A DNA stretch of 64,000 bases from assembly GCA_043797085.1 (NCBI GenBank), contig JAZDQA010000005.1, forward strand, positions 96,001 through 160,000, in the 5' to 3' direction. This document shows positions 40,152 through 48,986 of this stretch, in pieces (position 1 is the stretch's first letter; every line of letters starts with the position of its first letter). The translations under genes were made by a program, and so were the position numbers. The DNA comes from Pseudomonadota bacterium. Lineage in GTDB: Bacteria; Campylobacterota; Campylobacteria; Campylobacterales; Sulfurimonadaceae. The notes below the pieces were generated by a model, which searched no databases, was not told the origin of the DNA, and was given only the letters and a program-made list of their open reading frames with translations.

Positions 40152-41081
40152 ATGATCATATTGGGAAAAAAATACAAATTTACATCACTCGAAGAGCAAA
40201 GACTCATAAAAAAGTTTGGTAATTATGAAGTCATCACAACTTCAAATCGAGATCCTTATGAGGTTATAGCCGAGCTTTCCAAATATATCGAAATGCATGG
40301 TGCTAGTATGCTAGTGCTTAACATGCGCAATCAAGTGCATGATGAAATCGTCATGTATTTGACTAAACTACAGTTTCAAAATAAAAGTAAACGTTTTGTA
40401 GTCATGAGCATGAGTCGTTTTACTGAAGCGTATCTCCAAAAATGTTATATACCCGATGATGAAAACAACCTCTTTTTTCTCGAAGATATTGTCTCGTACA
40501 GTCAGTGGCAGTATTTTCAAAAGCGATGTATTGATTATTTTGGAGTGTTTTGGCTTTTTTTCTTTTCGTGGACTGTGTTGCTGTGGAGTGCTATTAGAAT
40601 CAAGCAGCAGTCACCCGGATCGATATTGTTTCGACAAGATAGAGTGGGGGTAAATAATGAGATTTTTAAATGCACAAAATTTCGATCCATGCATGAAAAT
40701 TCTCATCACGATGCCTACACGAGAGAGAATGATACGCGGATTTTTCCATTTGCTCATACCATGCGAAAAACAAGGTTTGACGAGTTACCGCAGATGTGGA
40801 ATATCCTAAAAGGGGAAATGCACCTGATAGGTCCAAGAACGGAATGGGACATATTGGTAGCTCAATATGAATCGCAAATCCCTTATTATAATGAGCGCCA
40901 TTTGGTACGTCCGGGAGTAACTGGGTGGGCGCAGGTGATGTATCCGTATGGTGCAAACGCTGAGGATGCACGCCAAAAATTGATGTATGATTTGTATTAC
41001 ATCAAACACTGGAGCATGGGATTGGAACTAAAGATCGTCTGGATGACAGCGATGACGGTGATCGGGAAAAAAGGGATATAA
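40152..41081 (+). CDS. Bacterial sugar transferase (monotopic phosphoglycosyl transferase, WcaJ/WbaP-like catalytic domain)
   Basis: Motifs KRCID, FRQDRVG, KFRSM, RKTRFDELPQ.WNILKGEM.LIGPR, PGVTGWAQV and YDLYYIK.WS. Confidence 0.93.
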   Translation: MIILGKKYKFTSLEEQRLIKKFGNYEVITTSNRDPYEVIAELSKYIEMHGASMLVLNMRNQVHDEIVMYLTKLQFQNKSKRFVVMSMSRFTEAYLQKCYIPDDENNLFFLEDIVSYSQWQYFQKRCIDYFGVFWLFFFSWTVLLWSAIRIKQQSPGSILFRQDRVGVNNEIFKCTKFRSMHENSHHDAYTRENDTRIFPFAHTMRKTRFDELPQMWNILKGEMHLIGPRTEWDILVAQYESQIPYYNERHLVRPGVTGWAQVMYPYGANAEDARQKLMYDLYYIKHWSMGLELKIVWMTAMTVIGKKGI

Positions 41082-41083
41082 AA

Positions 41084-41161
41084 GTTAGAAGTTTGCTATT
41101 TGGAAATTTTGGAAAATCGGATGGCAGAGAAAATGGTGTCAGAAGTTTACTATTAACTAAA
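41084..41161 (+). repeat. Repeat unit A (41084-41141) followed by left direct repeat B (41138-41161)
   Basis: GTTAGAAGTTTGCTATT-TGGAAATTTTGGAAAATCGG...TGTCA resembles 42649-42706. GTCAGAAGTTTACTATTAACTAAA matches 42411-42434 at 23 of 24 positions. Confidence 0.85.
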
Positions 41162-41220
41162 AAGTAACTATGCAATTGCATTCCTCTTATAGCAAAAGAA
41201 AGGTTATATATTTAGTAATT

Positions 41221-41263
41221 AACATAAATACCTATTGACATCAATATAATGTTTATGTAATAT
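41221..41263 (+). promoter_or_regulatory. Promoter of the ATPase gene overlapped by an imperfect palindrome
   Basis: TTGACA(41235)-17-TAATAT(41258). Inverted repeats TATTGA-ca-TCAATA and ACATAAA...TTTATGT overlap it. Confidence 0.55.
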
Positions 41264-41297
41264 ACAAAATATTATTTTTATTTAAAAAGGTTACAAC

Positions 41298-42383
41298 ATG
41301 AAACTAAATGCTGGTGGACTTAGTTCAGTTGTGATTGGTAGAGAAATAGAACTTATGCAGCTTGATGCTTATGTATCTTTTGGACAACATATCGCCATCA
41401 TTGCTCCAAGAAGATATGGGAAAACTACTTTAGTGAATGCATTTTTAGACAAACAAGAAAATGAATATCTTATTTGTAAAATTGATGTATTTTCAGCTTC
41501 TACAATTAGAGAATTTTGCGAGATATACATAGACTCTATTTACAAGTTAGATGGGGTTAAAAACTTTGTAAAACATGCTAAAGATAATGTTATGGAGATT
41601 ATGGGAAGATTTTCTTTGGAATATAGTGATGTTAAAGTTGGGTATGATTTGCTTAAAGAAGAAGATGAAAATGAGCTTGTGAGAAAAACATTTGATTTGG
41701 CGCAAAGCATATCACTATCCAAAGGGAAAAAACTGATTGCTTTTTTTGATGAGTTTGGAGATTTGGCAAAATTTGGACAAGATTTCATCAAAAAACTAAG
41801 AAGCTATTTTCAAACTCATTCCAATGTGGTTTATATTTTTGCTGGGAGTCAACAAAGTGTTATGGATGATATTTTTTTGAATTCAGATAATGCATTTTTT
41901 AACTTCGCAACACTTATGAGAATAGGAAGATTGTCAAATGAATCGATTGAAGCTTTTGCGCGTGAACTTATTCTCAATGAAACAATTAGGTTTGATAATG
42001 AAGCGGTTATAGCTTTAATAAAGAGTGTTAATGGTCATCCTTTTTATACTATAAAAGTTTTGCAAGAGGGATATATTTGCTTTTTGATGGAAAGTAGTGG
42101 TGAACTTAGTATTTCTACCAATAATATCCATCAAGCTATTGAAAAGATTTTATTTGACAATGCTATTTATTTTGAAACTTTGTGGCAAAAACTTAACTCT
42201 AAAAAACATAAAGGCTCAATAGTAAAAGAGTTGGCAGTTAAGGGATTTAAAGGGGGAGACAAGGTAAGTTTGTCTTACAAAAGTCAAATGATAAAAGAGC
42301 TCAAAGATGATGGTATCATCGATGAACATAAACAATTTTTTGACCCGATGTTTTTGAAATGGTTGCAAAGTGATAATAAATAA
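41298..42383 (+). CDS. Archaeal-type P-loop ATPase (ATPase_2/STAND-like), probable C-terminal winged helix
   Basis: GRE.EL, Walker A APRRYGKTT, Walker B AFFDEF, YIFAGS, GHPFY and C-terminal DPMFLKWL; AT-rich. Confidence 0.85.
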   Translation: MKLNAGGLSSVVIGREIELMQLDAYVSFGQHIAIIAPRRYGKTTLVNAFLDKQENEYLICKIDVFSASTIREFCEIYIDSIYKLDGVKNFVKHAKDNVMEIMGRFSLEYSDVKVGYDLLKEEDENELVRKTFDLAQSISLSKGKKLIAFFDEFGDLAKFGQDFIKKLRSYFQTHSNVVYIFAGSQQSVMDDIFLNSDNAFFNFATLMRIGRLSNESIEAFARELILNETIRFDNEAVIALIKSVNGHPFYTIKVLQEGYICFLMESSGELSISTNNIHQAIEKILFDNAIYFETLWQKLNSKKHKGSIVKELAVKGFKGGDKVSLSYKSQMIKELKDDGIIDEHKQFFDPMFLKWLQSDNK

Positions 42384-42390
42384 TCATCAA

Positions 42391-42477
42391 AATAGCAAAT
42401 AAAAAATAGGGTCAGAAGTTTGCTATTAACTAAATCTGATCTTCCTTTCTTTTCCATAAGAAACGAAGCGAAAGAAA
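42391..42477 (+). repeat. Right direct repeat B (42411-42434) within a hairpin, then hairpin repeat C1 (42441-42477)
   Basis: AATAGCAAA (42391) pairs with TTTGCTATT (42419-42427). CTTCCTTTCTTTTCCATAAGAAACGAAGCGAAA is repeated at 42745. Confidence 0.85.
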
Positions 42478-42640
42478 ATAGTCATTTTCACGAATCGCAC
42501 GCGCGACTCCCGCACTGCTGCTTCGCACGCGGCTTATTAGGTACGTTTCAATGACGGGGATTATTGAAATAATGAGCTTTGGGCAAAGCCTTAGTAAATA
42601 TTTTAGAATGACTTGTTGAATTTTAAAGAGAGCATTCAAA

Positions 42641-42778
42641 AATAGCGATCAGAAGTTTGCTATTCGCGAAAATTTTGAAAATTCGGTGAGAGAGAAGATA
42701 CTGTCAACGAATAGCGCTAATGGACGTGAATGTCAAATCCATACCTTCCTTTCTTTTTCATAAGAAATGAAGCGAAAA
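42641..42778 (+). repeat. Second copy of unit A (42649-42706) and hairpin repeat C2 (42745-42778)
   Basis: TCAGAAGTTTGCTATTCGCGAAAATTTTGAAAATTCGG...TGTCA and CTTCCTTTCTTTTTCATAAGAAATGAAGCGAAA. Confidence 0.8.
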
Positions 42779-42896
42779 CAAGGGAACCGCTTTTACATAG
42801 TAAAATGTTTCTGTGAAAGAAAATCCCCCTGATAATACAACACTTCCGATATTCTATACTGCCAATTAAAATTAAACACTGCTATTAATGAATAAA

Positions 42897-42905
42897 TGCT
42901 AAAAT
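42897..42905 (+). promoter_or_regulatory. Extended -10 promoter candidate for slt-wza-wzz
   Basis: TGcTAAAAT about 50 nt upstream of the start codon; typical Campylobacterota RpoD form. Confidence 0.5.
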
Positions 42906-42953
42906 AGCATCAATTTTTTAGATATATTGAAATGAAAAACTTTTTAAAACAGG

Positions 42954-43556
42954 GTGTTGATGATTAAAATACTATTGGGGCTTTTGCTCGCAGTTTTATC
43001 ACTTTTTGCTACCCCTTATGACTCTATTTTCGAGAAAGCGGGTCGTGATTTTGGTATCGAATCCTCATTATTAAAGCGTATAGCGACGATTGAGAGTTCT
43101 CTGAACCCTCGTGCGATCAATCAAAACAAAAATGGTACGGTTGACATCGGGTTGATGCAGATTAATTCGATGCACATTCGAGGTCTTTCCAAGATCGGTG
43201 TCACGCGTGAAGCACTGTTTGATCCGGAGGTCAATGTGTATGTAGCTGCATTGCTACTCAGTTCTCATATACGCAAAAGAGGATATAATCTCCAAGCAAT
43301 CGGGTGTTATCACTCGGCGAATCCGGTGTTTAAAAATCAGTGGTTAAAACGCCTTGCGATGGTAAATGTACCGCAAGGCACCGTAAAGACGTCAAATACT
43401 GCTCAATCGGCAGTGTATGATGATCCGCGCAGCCGTTTTGCTCAACAGCAGTTATCGACCAAGACAGATCAAAAGATTGCGCAAGGGTTGAATCCAAAAC
43501 TCGCGTTGCGTGAAGCCAAAGCCGAAGTAGATCGGTTAATGGGCATAACAAATTAA
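42954..43556 (+). CDS. Lytic transglycosylase (SLT domain, IagB/PilT-like)
   Basis: Signal peptide, IATIES catalytic Glu, NKNGTVDIGLMQINS, DP..NV and AIGCYHS; low-complexity C-terminal tail. Confidence 0.9.
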   Translation: MLMIKILLGLLLAVLSLFATPYDSIFEKAGRDFGIESSLLKRIATIESSLNPRAINQNKNGTVDIGLMQINSMHIRGLSKIGVTREALFDPEVNVYVAALLLSSHIRKRGYNLQAIGCYHSANPVFKNQWLKRLAMVNVPQGTVKTSNTAQSAVYDDPRSRFAQQQLSTKTDQKIAQGLNPKLALREAKAEVDRLMGITN

Positions 43557-43576
43557 ATTTCAATAAAAGAGAGAAA

Positions 43577-46330
43577 ATGATGGGAATCAAAAAAAGTTTA
43601 GTACATCTGATGATAGCAACTGTGTTGCTTTTGGGTAGTGAGAGCAGTGCTGATAATGCAGCTATCATCCAAGCAATCAAGGCGAATCCTGCTTTGCTTG
43701 ATTCTCCTCAAGCCAAAGCGATGATGCAAGATGCTAAGGTTCCCGTCGTAACGACACAGGCAAAAGTAGAAGTTCCTTTAAATGATGTAGTCCAAGAGAC
43801 TAAGGCAGAAGAGAAAGCCTCTGCTGAAACCTCTGTCGTTGATTCAAGTGGAAATGGGGATGTAAATTCTTTTTACCGTTCACCGCTTAGTCTCGAAAAA
43901 AATGACGATTACAGTAAGCGTCTCATTGCTCGTCAAATCAAAGAGAGTCCAAAAACTCTAAAGCGCTATGGTATCGAGTTCTTTAGAAATAAAAATGGAA
44001 TGGATTTAGCATCATTGCCGGTACCTGAGAACTATAAGCTGGTTCCAAAAGATGTTTTGAACGTTGTTTTGTATGGTCCGAAATCGGACAATATGAGTTT
44101 GACGATTGATAAAGACGGTACGGTGGTTATCCCATCTTTTGGTCCGCTTCAGATTGCAGGTCTCTCGTTCAGCGAAGCCAAAAAGACGATTTCAGATGCC
44201 CTTATAGCGGCGTATCCTAATGTCGGAGTGACCGTCAATATCTCTCAGTTTTCATCGATCCAAGTAACACTCGCAGGTGAAGTGGCTGTCCCCGGTATCT
44301 ATAATGTGAGTTCGTTTTCAACCATCAAAGAAGCGTTGATCTCAGCTGGCGGACTCTCTGCCAATGGTTCTATGCGTTCGGTGAGCATCAAGCGTCAAGG
44401 GCGTATTTACACAACCATAGACCTTTACTCTATTATCCGAGGAACGGGACGAAGTGATCCGCTGTTACGTGCCGGAGACATTATCATTGTCCCGATTATG
44501 GGCAAGAGTGTCATTATCGACGGAGATGTCAAACGACCTGCCATTTATGAAGCCAAACAAAATACCAGTATCGCTAATCTCATATCTTATGCGGGCGGAA
44601 TACAAGCCAGTGCAAGTAAGAACGACATACGTATCACACGATTTGAGAAGAATCAAGGGATAAAAATCTTTAATGTTTCGCTCTCAGAATCAGAAAAAAT
44701 GGTAGCACAGGATCAAGACAAAGTCTATGTTCATGATTTGGACAAGAGTAATCTACGGGGAATCACCCTCTATGGGAATGTGATTAAACCGGGATTTTGG
44801 CCACTGGCGAAAGAGGGGACTTCATTAAAAGAGTTTTTTGGACGTGAAATCTCTCACAATACTCTTCGCGGTGTATTTCTCGAAGATACGTATTTCGATT
44901 ATGCCATCATCAAACGGACCAATAGTAATCTCAAAGAGGAGTTGATCGGGTTTTCTCTGAGTGATGCTTTGTCGGGAAAAGAAAAAATCTTGCTCAAAAA
45001 TCGGGATGAATTGTATGTGCTAAATAGTTCAGCCGTAGCTCCGGCTCCTGTGGTGAAACTATCTGGTGAGTGTGTTTTAAAAGAGGGAGAGTACAAATTT
45101 TTTGATAAAATGACATTGGATGCGTTGTTGAGCACAGCGGGCTCGAAGTGTCTAATCGATAAACAAAAAGTGACGATTGTCTCTCGTGATAAAAAAACAT
45201 TGCGTCCCAGTGTCCGAGTGGCAGATGCATCGCATAATGCGCCTGTTTATTTAAATGAATTTGATGAGATTAGTGTTGTCGGATATTACACGACAAATCC
45301 AATCTATCAGGCGTCAATCGCGGGTGAAGTGTATAAATCAGGAAGTTATCCCATCGCTGACTCTGGTTTTACCATTCGAAATTTGATTCTGGCAGCGGGC
45401 GGAATGACGGATAAAGCAAGTAAGGATAAAATCGAGGTTGTTCGATATGAAATCATTAATGGCAAGCGTGAGCGTAAAGTTCTATCTCTGTCTCCTGATC
45501 TTGCTATGTCCGATAATTCACTTGCACTTTTGCCCTACGATGAAGTCACGGTCTTTAAAATACCGCAATGGAATGTAAGAAAATCGATTAAATTAGTAGG
45601 AAAAGTCAAATATCCCGCTGAATACGCTATCGAAGATGGTGAGACTCTTTCTGACGTACTAAAGCGTGCAGGCGGATTTACCAATAGTGCGTATGTTGAT
45701 GGAGCAGTATTTACGCGTGAAGAGTTAAAAGTTCGTCAGCGTGATGGGATGGAACGTCAAATAAAAGATCTTCAAAGTCGGGTCATGTACATTGCAACAC
45801 AACCTACTCAAGCAGGGGAGAATGCAGGGGATAAAACACAGTTGGTTACAATGCTGGGTTCCTTAAAAGAAGAAGTTCGAAACACACCGTATGTCGGTCG
45901 TTTATCGGTTCATTTGAAGAGTGATTTAAGTAAATTTGAGGGGAGTAATTCGGATATTTTACTTAAAAATGGGGATGTACTTTATGTGCCTGAACGTGAA
46001 GACAGTGTTGTAATCCAAGGTGAAGTTCTTAACCCTAATGCGGTTGTTTACAGTTCTGCAATGTCGGTAAGCGATTATCTCGAAAAATCTGGTGGTCTAA
46101 AAGAGAGTGCGGATGAGAGTAATATTTTCGTTGTTCACAGTAACGGCGAAGCAGAACCATATAAAAGTGGATTTTTTGCCTCGAATGTAGTCGTAGGACC
46201 GGGGGATGTTATCGTTGTTCCAATGTATATCAACACCTACAGCGGGATGCAATTTGCCAAAGATATTACGGCAATTTTATATCAGTTGGCAGTTTCGGCA
46301 GCAGCACTTACGACCATCGGAGCGCTGTAA
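43577..46330 (+). CDS. Large polysaccharide export protein (poly_export plus multiple SLBB domains; Wza/OtnA/KpsD-like)
   Basis: PVPENYKL.P.D...DGTVVIPSFGPL.IAGL and repeated GEV..PG.Y / L..AGG SLBB units; C-terminal DIT.ILYQLAVSAAAL helix. Confidence 0.9.
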   Translation: MMGIKKSLVHLMIATVLLLGSESSADNAAIIQAIKANPALLDSPQAKAMMQDAKVPVVTTQAKVEVPLNDVVQETKAEEKASAETSVVDSSGNGDVNSFYRSPLSLEKNDDYSKRLIARQIKESPKTLKRYGIEFFRNKNGMDLASLPVPENYKLVPKDVLNVVLYGPKSDNMSLTIDKDGTVVIPSFGPLQIAGLSFSEAKKTISDALIAAYPNVGVTVNISQFSSIQVTLAGEVAVPGIYNVSSFSTIKEALISAGGLSANGSMRSVSIKRQGRIYTTIDLYSIIRGTGRSDPLLRAGDIIIVPIMGKSVIIDGDVKRPAIYEAKQNTSIANLISYAGGIQASASKNDIRITRFEKNQGIKIFNVSLSESEKMVAQDQDKVYVHDLDKSNLRGITLYGNVIKPGFWPLAKEGTSLKEFFGREISHNTLRGVFLEDTYFDYAIIKRTNSNLKEELIGFSLSDALSGKEKILLKNRDELYVLNSSAVAPAPVVKLSGECVLKEGEYKFFDKMTLDALLSTAGSKCLIDKQKVTIVSRDKKTLRPSVRVADASHNAPVYLNEFDEISVVGYYTTNPIYQASIAGEVYKSGSYPIADSGFTIRNLILAAGGMTDKASKDKIEVVRYEIINGKRERKVLSLSPDLAMSDNSLALLPYDEVTVFKIPQWNVRKSIKLVGKVKYPAEYAIEDGETLSDVLKRAGGFTNSAYVDGAVFTREELKVRQRDGMERQIKDLQSRVMYIATQPTQAGENAGDKTQLVTMLGSLKEEVRNTPYVGRLSVHLKSDLSKFEGSNSDILLKNGDVLYVPEREDSVVIQGEVLNPNAVVYSSAMSVSDYLEKSGGLKESADESNIFVVHSNGEAEPYKSGFFASNVVVGPGDVIVVPMYINTYSGMQFAKDITAILYQLAVSAAALTTIGAL

Positions 46331-47268
46331 TGCAAGAAAATATTTCCCAAAGTGTGATCCAAGAAGACGAGATCGACCTGCGCGAACTGGCTGCGACAAT
46401 CGGTAAGCATAAGTTTAAGCTCATCGGATTTACCTTGGTTGTTACGGCTATGAGTGTGCTATGGACATTGAGTAAACCTAATATTTACCATTCTCAAGCA
46501 GTGTTGGTGCCACAAGTGGAATCTAAATCGTCGATGGGCGGTTTGGGTGCATTAGCCGGATTAGCGGGAGTCGATTTGGGCGGGGGGGAGATGCTGCCCG
46601 ATAGTGCATATCAACTGTATTTGGATGATTATCAGTGGATGCGGAATTTTTTACTCCAATCAAAACTATTTGAACGCCTTAATGCAGAAGATGCAGATAA
46701 AAATTACCGTTTTGTACTGGGAATAGATACCTTTTACCGTCTTAAGAAAGGTTCTCCCAATGAGGATTCTGAAGCAATGAGTCCGGATAAAAAAGAGAAG
46801 AAACTCTTTGCGACGTATCAAGACATTAAAAGCAAGTTCTCTATTTCGAGTGATAAAAAAACCTCGGTTATAACACTCGGGTTCAGTGATTCAGATCCTG
46901 TTTTAGCTAAAGATACCGTTTCGTTGTTTTTGAAATATGCGTCAAACTCGCTTCGGACGAATGAACTAAGTGACATGGAGAAAAAAATTGCGTACTATGA
47001 TCAGGAACTTCAAAAAACCAATGATCTTTCACTGAAAACCCAACTCAGTCAGCTAATGTCGGCATTGATCCAAAAAAAGGTTTTAGCGCAATCAAGCGAG
47101 TTTTATAATGTAAAGATGGTTACTGCTCCCAGTGTCGCCTATGAAGGAGACAAAGAGGGACCTAAGAGAGGGCTGATTGTTGCTGTTTCAATGATTACTT
47201 CGTTGATCATTGGTATTTTTGGAATCTTTTTTATAGAGTTTATTCGTAGTAAAAAAGAAGATGAATAG
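46330..47268 (+). CDS. wzz: Wzz chain-length determinant
   Basis: EDEIDLREL, N-terminal TM helix, GLGALAGLAGVDLG, P...KEGPKRGLI and a C-terminal TM helix; no kinase domain. Confidence 0.9.
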   Translation: MQENISQSVIQEDEIDLRELAATIGKHKFKLIGFTLVVTAMSVLWTLSKPNIYHSQAVLVPQVESKSSMGGLGALAGLAGVDLGGGEMLPDSAYQLYLDDYQWMRNFLLQSKLFERLNAEDADKNYRFVLGIDTFYRLKKGSPNEDSEAMSPDKKEKKLFATYQDIKSKFSISSDKKTSVITLGFSDSDPVLAKDTVSLFLKYASNSLRTNELSDMEKKIAYYDQELQKTNDLSLKTQLSQLMSALIQKKVLAQSSEFYNVKMVTAPSVAYEGDKEGPKRGLIVAVSMITSLIIGIFGIFFIEFIRSKKEDE

Positions 47269-47290
47269 CTAAAATCAAGCATTTTTACGC

Positions 47291-47296
47291 TATAAT
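47291..47296 (+). promoter_or_regulatory. -10 box upstream of rpsA
   Basis: Perfect TATAAT 30 nt upstream of the ATG, with a T-rich region upstream. Confidence 0.55.
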
Positions 47297-47326
47297 CAGC
47301 CAATTTTTAGTTACAAGGGAATAGGC

Positions 47327-48982
47327 ATGGCGTTCGATAACGAAGCGTATGAAGAAGAAAATTTTGCTGAAATGCTGGAGGCATCGTTCAAAGAGCAAGA
47401 ATCCACTCGCATTACAGAAGGTGAAGTTGTAGAGATCCAAGAGAGTGATAACCGCGCATTGGTCGGCGTTGGTGAGAAACTAGAGGGGATCTTGCCACTC
47501 GATGAGATTCGTGATGCAGAGGGAAAACTCCTCTTCAACGTTGGTGATAAAATCACCGTTATGGTCATAGGACATTACAATGAGCGTCCTAAAATTTCAT
47601 ATAAAAAAGTGCTTGAACAAGAGAAAACACTAGCATTTATCAATCTTCACAAAGAAGATTTTGAGTCGGTTGTTATCGAAGCACTGGTTACAAAGAAAAA
47701 CAAGGGTGGCTATTTGCTTGAAGCAGATGATGTCCATTTCTTCCTTCCTCGCTCACTTGCAGCGTTCAAAGATACCGATCAAGTCGTTGGTAAAACGATT
47801 AAAGCACAAGTGGTCAAAGTTGATCCTGCTGAAGCATCGATTGTTGTATCACGCCGCAAGCTTTTCAATGATGAACGCAAACGTAAAAAAGAAGTGATTG
47901 ATGCATTGATGGAAGAGGGTAAAATCATCCAAGGTACTGTCAAAAAAATCACAAGCTATGGAATGTTTGTTGATGTTGGCGGGATTGATGGTTTGGTTCA
48001 TTACAATGAAATCAGCTACAAAGGTCCCGTCAATCCGTCAAAACTTTATAAAGAAGGCGATGTTGTAACCGTAAAAGCGATTGCATACGATAAAGACAAG
48101 CGTCATTTATCTCTTTCAATCAAAGCAGTTCAATCGGATCCATGGAGAGAAGTTGAAGAAGCATTGGAAGAGGGCGATACTATTACGGTTACCGTTAGCA
48201 ACATCGAGCCATACGGTATTTTCGTTGATCTTGGAAATGACATCGAAGGCTTCTTGCACGTTTCAGAAATCACATGGGACAAAAATATTAAACATCCTAA
48301 AGATTATTTGACTCTTGGTCAAGAAATTGACGTTGAAGTTATCGAAATCAACTCTAACACACATAAATTACGTGTATCGTACAAGCGTCTTCAGCCAAAA
48401 CCGTTTGAAGAGTTTATGCGTACATCACGTGAAGGCGATATTGTCAAAGGAACTGTTACATCATTGACCGATTTTGGTGCTTTCATCAAAGTTGGCGGTG
48501 TAGAGGGATTGTTGCACAATCAAGATCTTTCATGGGATAAAAATGCCAAATGTAAAGAGACTCTTAAAGTCGGTGATGAAATCGAAGTAAAAATCGCAAA
48601 AATCAATACCGAAGATGAAAAAATTTCTTTGAATCGTAAAGCACTCGAAGAGAGCCCAATCGACAAATTTGCTGCTAATCATAAAATGAACGAAGTGTTA
48701 AGCGCAACGGTTCGTGACGTAAAAGATTTCGGTGTATTTGTTTCATTAGAGGGTGGTGTTGATGCTCTTATCCGTAATGAAGACCTTTTACCATTGACTC
48801 CGGAAGAGCTTACTATCGGTCAAGTGATTGAAGCGGTTGTTATGGTTATTGATGCTAAGCGTGATCGTATCCGTCTTTCGGTACGTAAACTAGAGCGTAT
48901 CAAAGATCAAGAAATGCTCAACGAGATTAATGACGATGAGTCAAACAGTCTTGGTGATTTGATTAAAGATCAATTGAAATAA
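47327..48982 (+). CDS. rpsA: 30S ribosomal protein S1
   Basis: Six S1 repeats (e.g. YGMFVDVGGIDGLVH, YGIFVDLG..IEGFLHVSE, DFGAFIKVGGVEGLLH). Confidence 0.97.
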   Translation: MAFDNEAYEEENFAEMLEASFKEQESTRITEGEVVEIQESDNRALVGVGEKLEGILPLDEIRDAEGKLLFNVGDKITVMVIGHYNERPKISYKKVLEQEKTLAFINLHKEDFESVVIEALVTKKNKGGYLLEADDVHFFLPRSLAAFKDTDQVVGKTIKAQVVKVDPAEASIVVSRRKLFNDERKRKKEVIDALMEEGKIIQGTVKKITSYGMFVDVGGIDGLVHYNEISYKGPVNPSKLYKEGDVVTVKAIAYDKDKRHLSLSIKAVQSDPWREVEEALEEGDTITVTVSNIEPYGIFVDLGNDIEGFLHVSEITWDKNIKHPKDYLTLGQEIDVEVIEINSNTHKLRVSYKRLQPKPFEEFMRTSREGDIVKGTVTSLTDFGAFIKVGGVEGLLHNQDLSWDKNAKCKETLKVGDEIEVKIAKINTEDEKISLNRKALEESPIDKFAANHKMNEVLSATVRDVKDFGVFVSLEGGVDALIRNEDLLPLTPEELTIGQVIEAVVMVIDAKRDRIRLSVRKLERIKDQEMLNEINDDESNSLGDLIKDQLK

Positions 48983-48986
48983 AGAT

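Noticed and set aside
42391..42434. Classical integron attC site after the ATPase
   Set aside because: A hairpin is present, but I cannot place properly paired RYYYAAC/GTTRRRY boxes and there is no intI in the window. Kept only as a generic repeat-flanked cassette.
42430..42639. 69-aa minus-strand ORF
   Set aside because: Runs through repeat elements, TTG start, no recognisable motif; probably spurious.
41084..42778. AGAAGTTTGCTATT repeats as a CRISPR array
   Set aside because: Only four copies, with very irregular spacing (54, 1273 and about 240 bp), a gene between two of them, and no cas genes.
42811..42821. CTGTGAAAGAA, reverse complement of part of the IS1182-like end at 38737-38747
   Set aside because: Only 11 bp, lacking the terminal GAGA and with no transposase sequence after it. 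Orientation is wrong for a composite transposon around wecA-ATPase. May be chance.
42954..43556. SLT as sign of a prophage, T3SS or conjugative element
   Set aside because: No phage, secretion or conjugation genes nearby; it is co-oriented with the polysaccharide export genes.
46582..46588. G7 tract in wzz as a phase-variation switch
   Set aside because: Shorter than typical Campylobacter contingency tracts, in frame, and within a Gly-rich motif.
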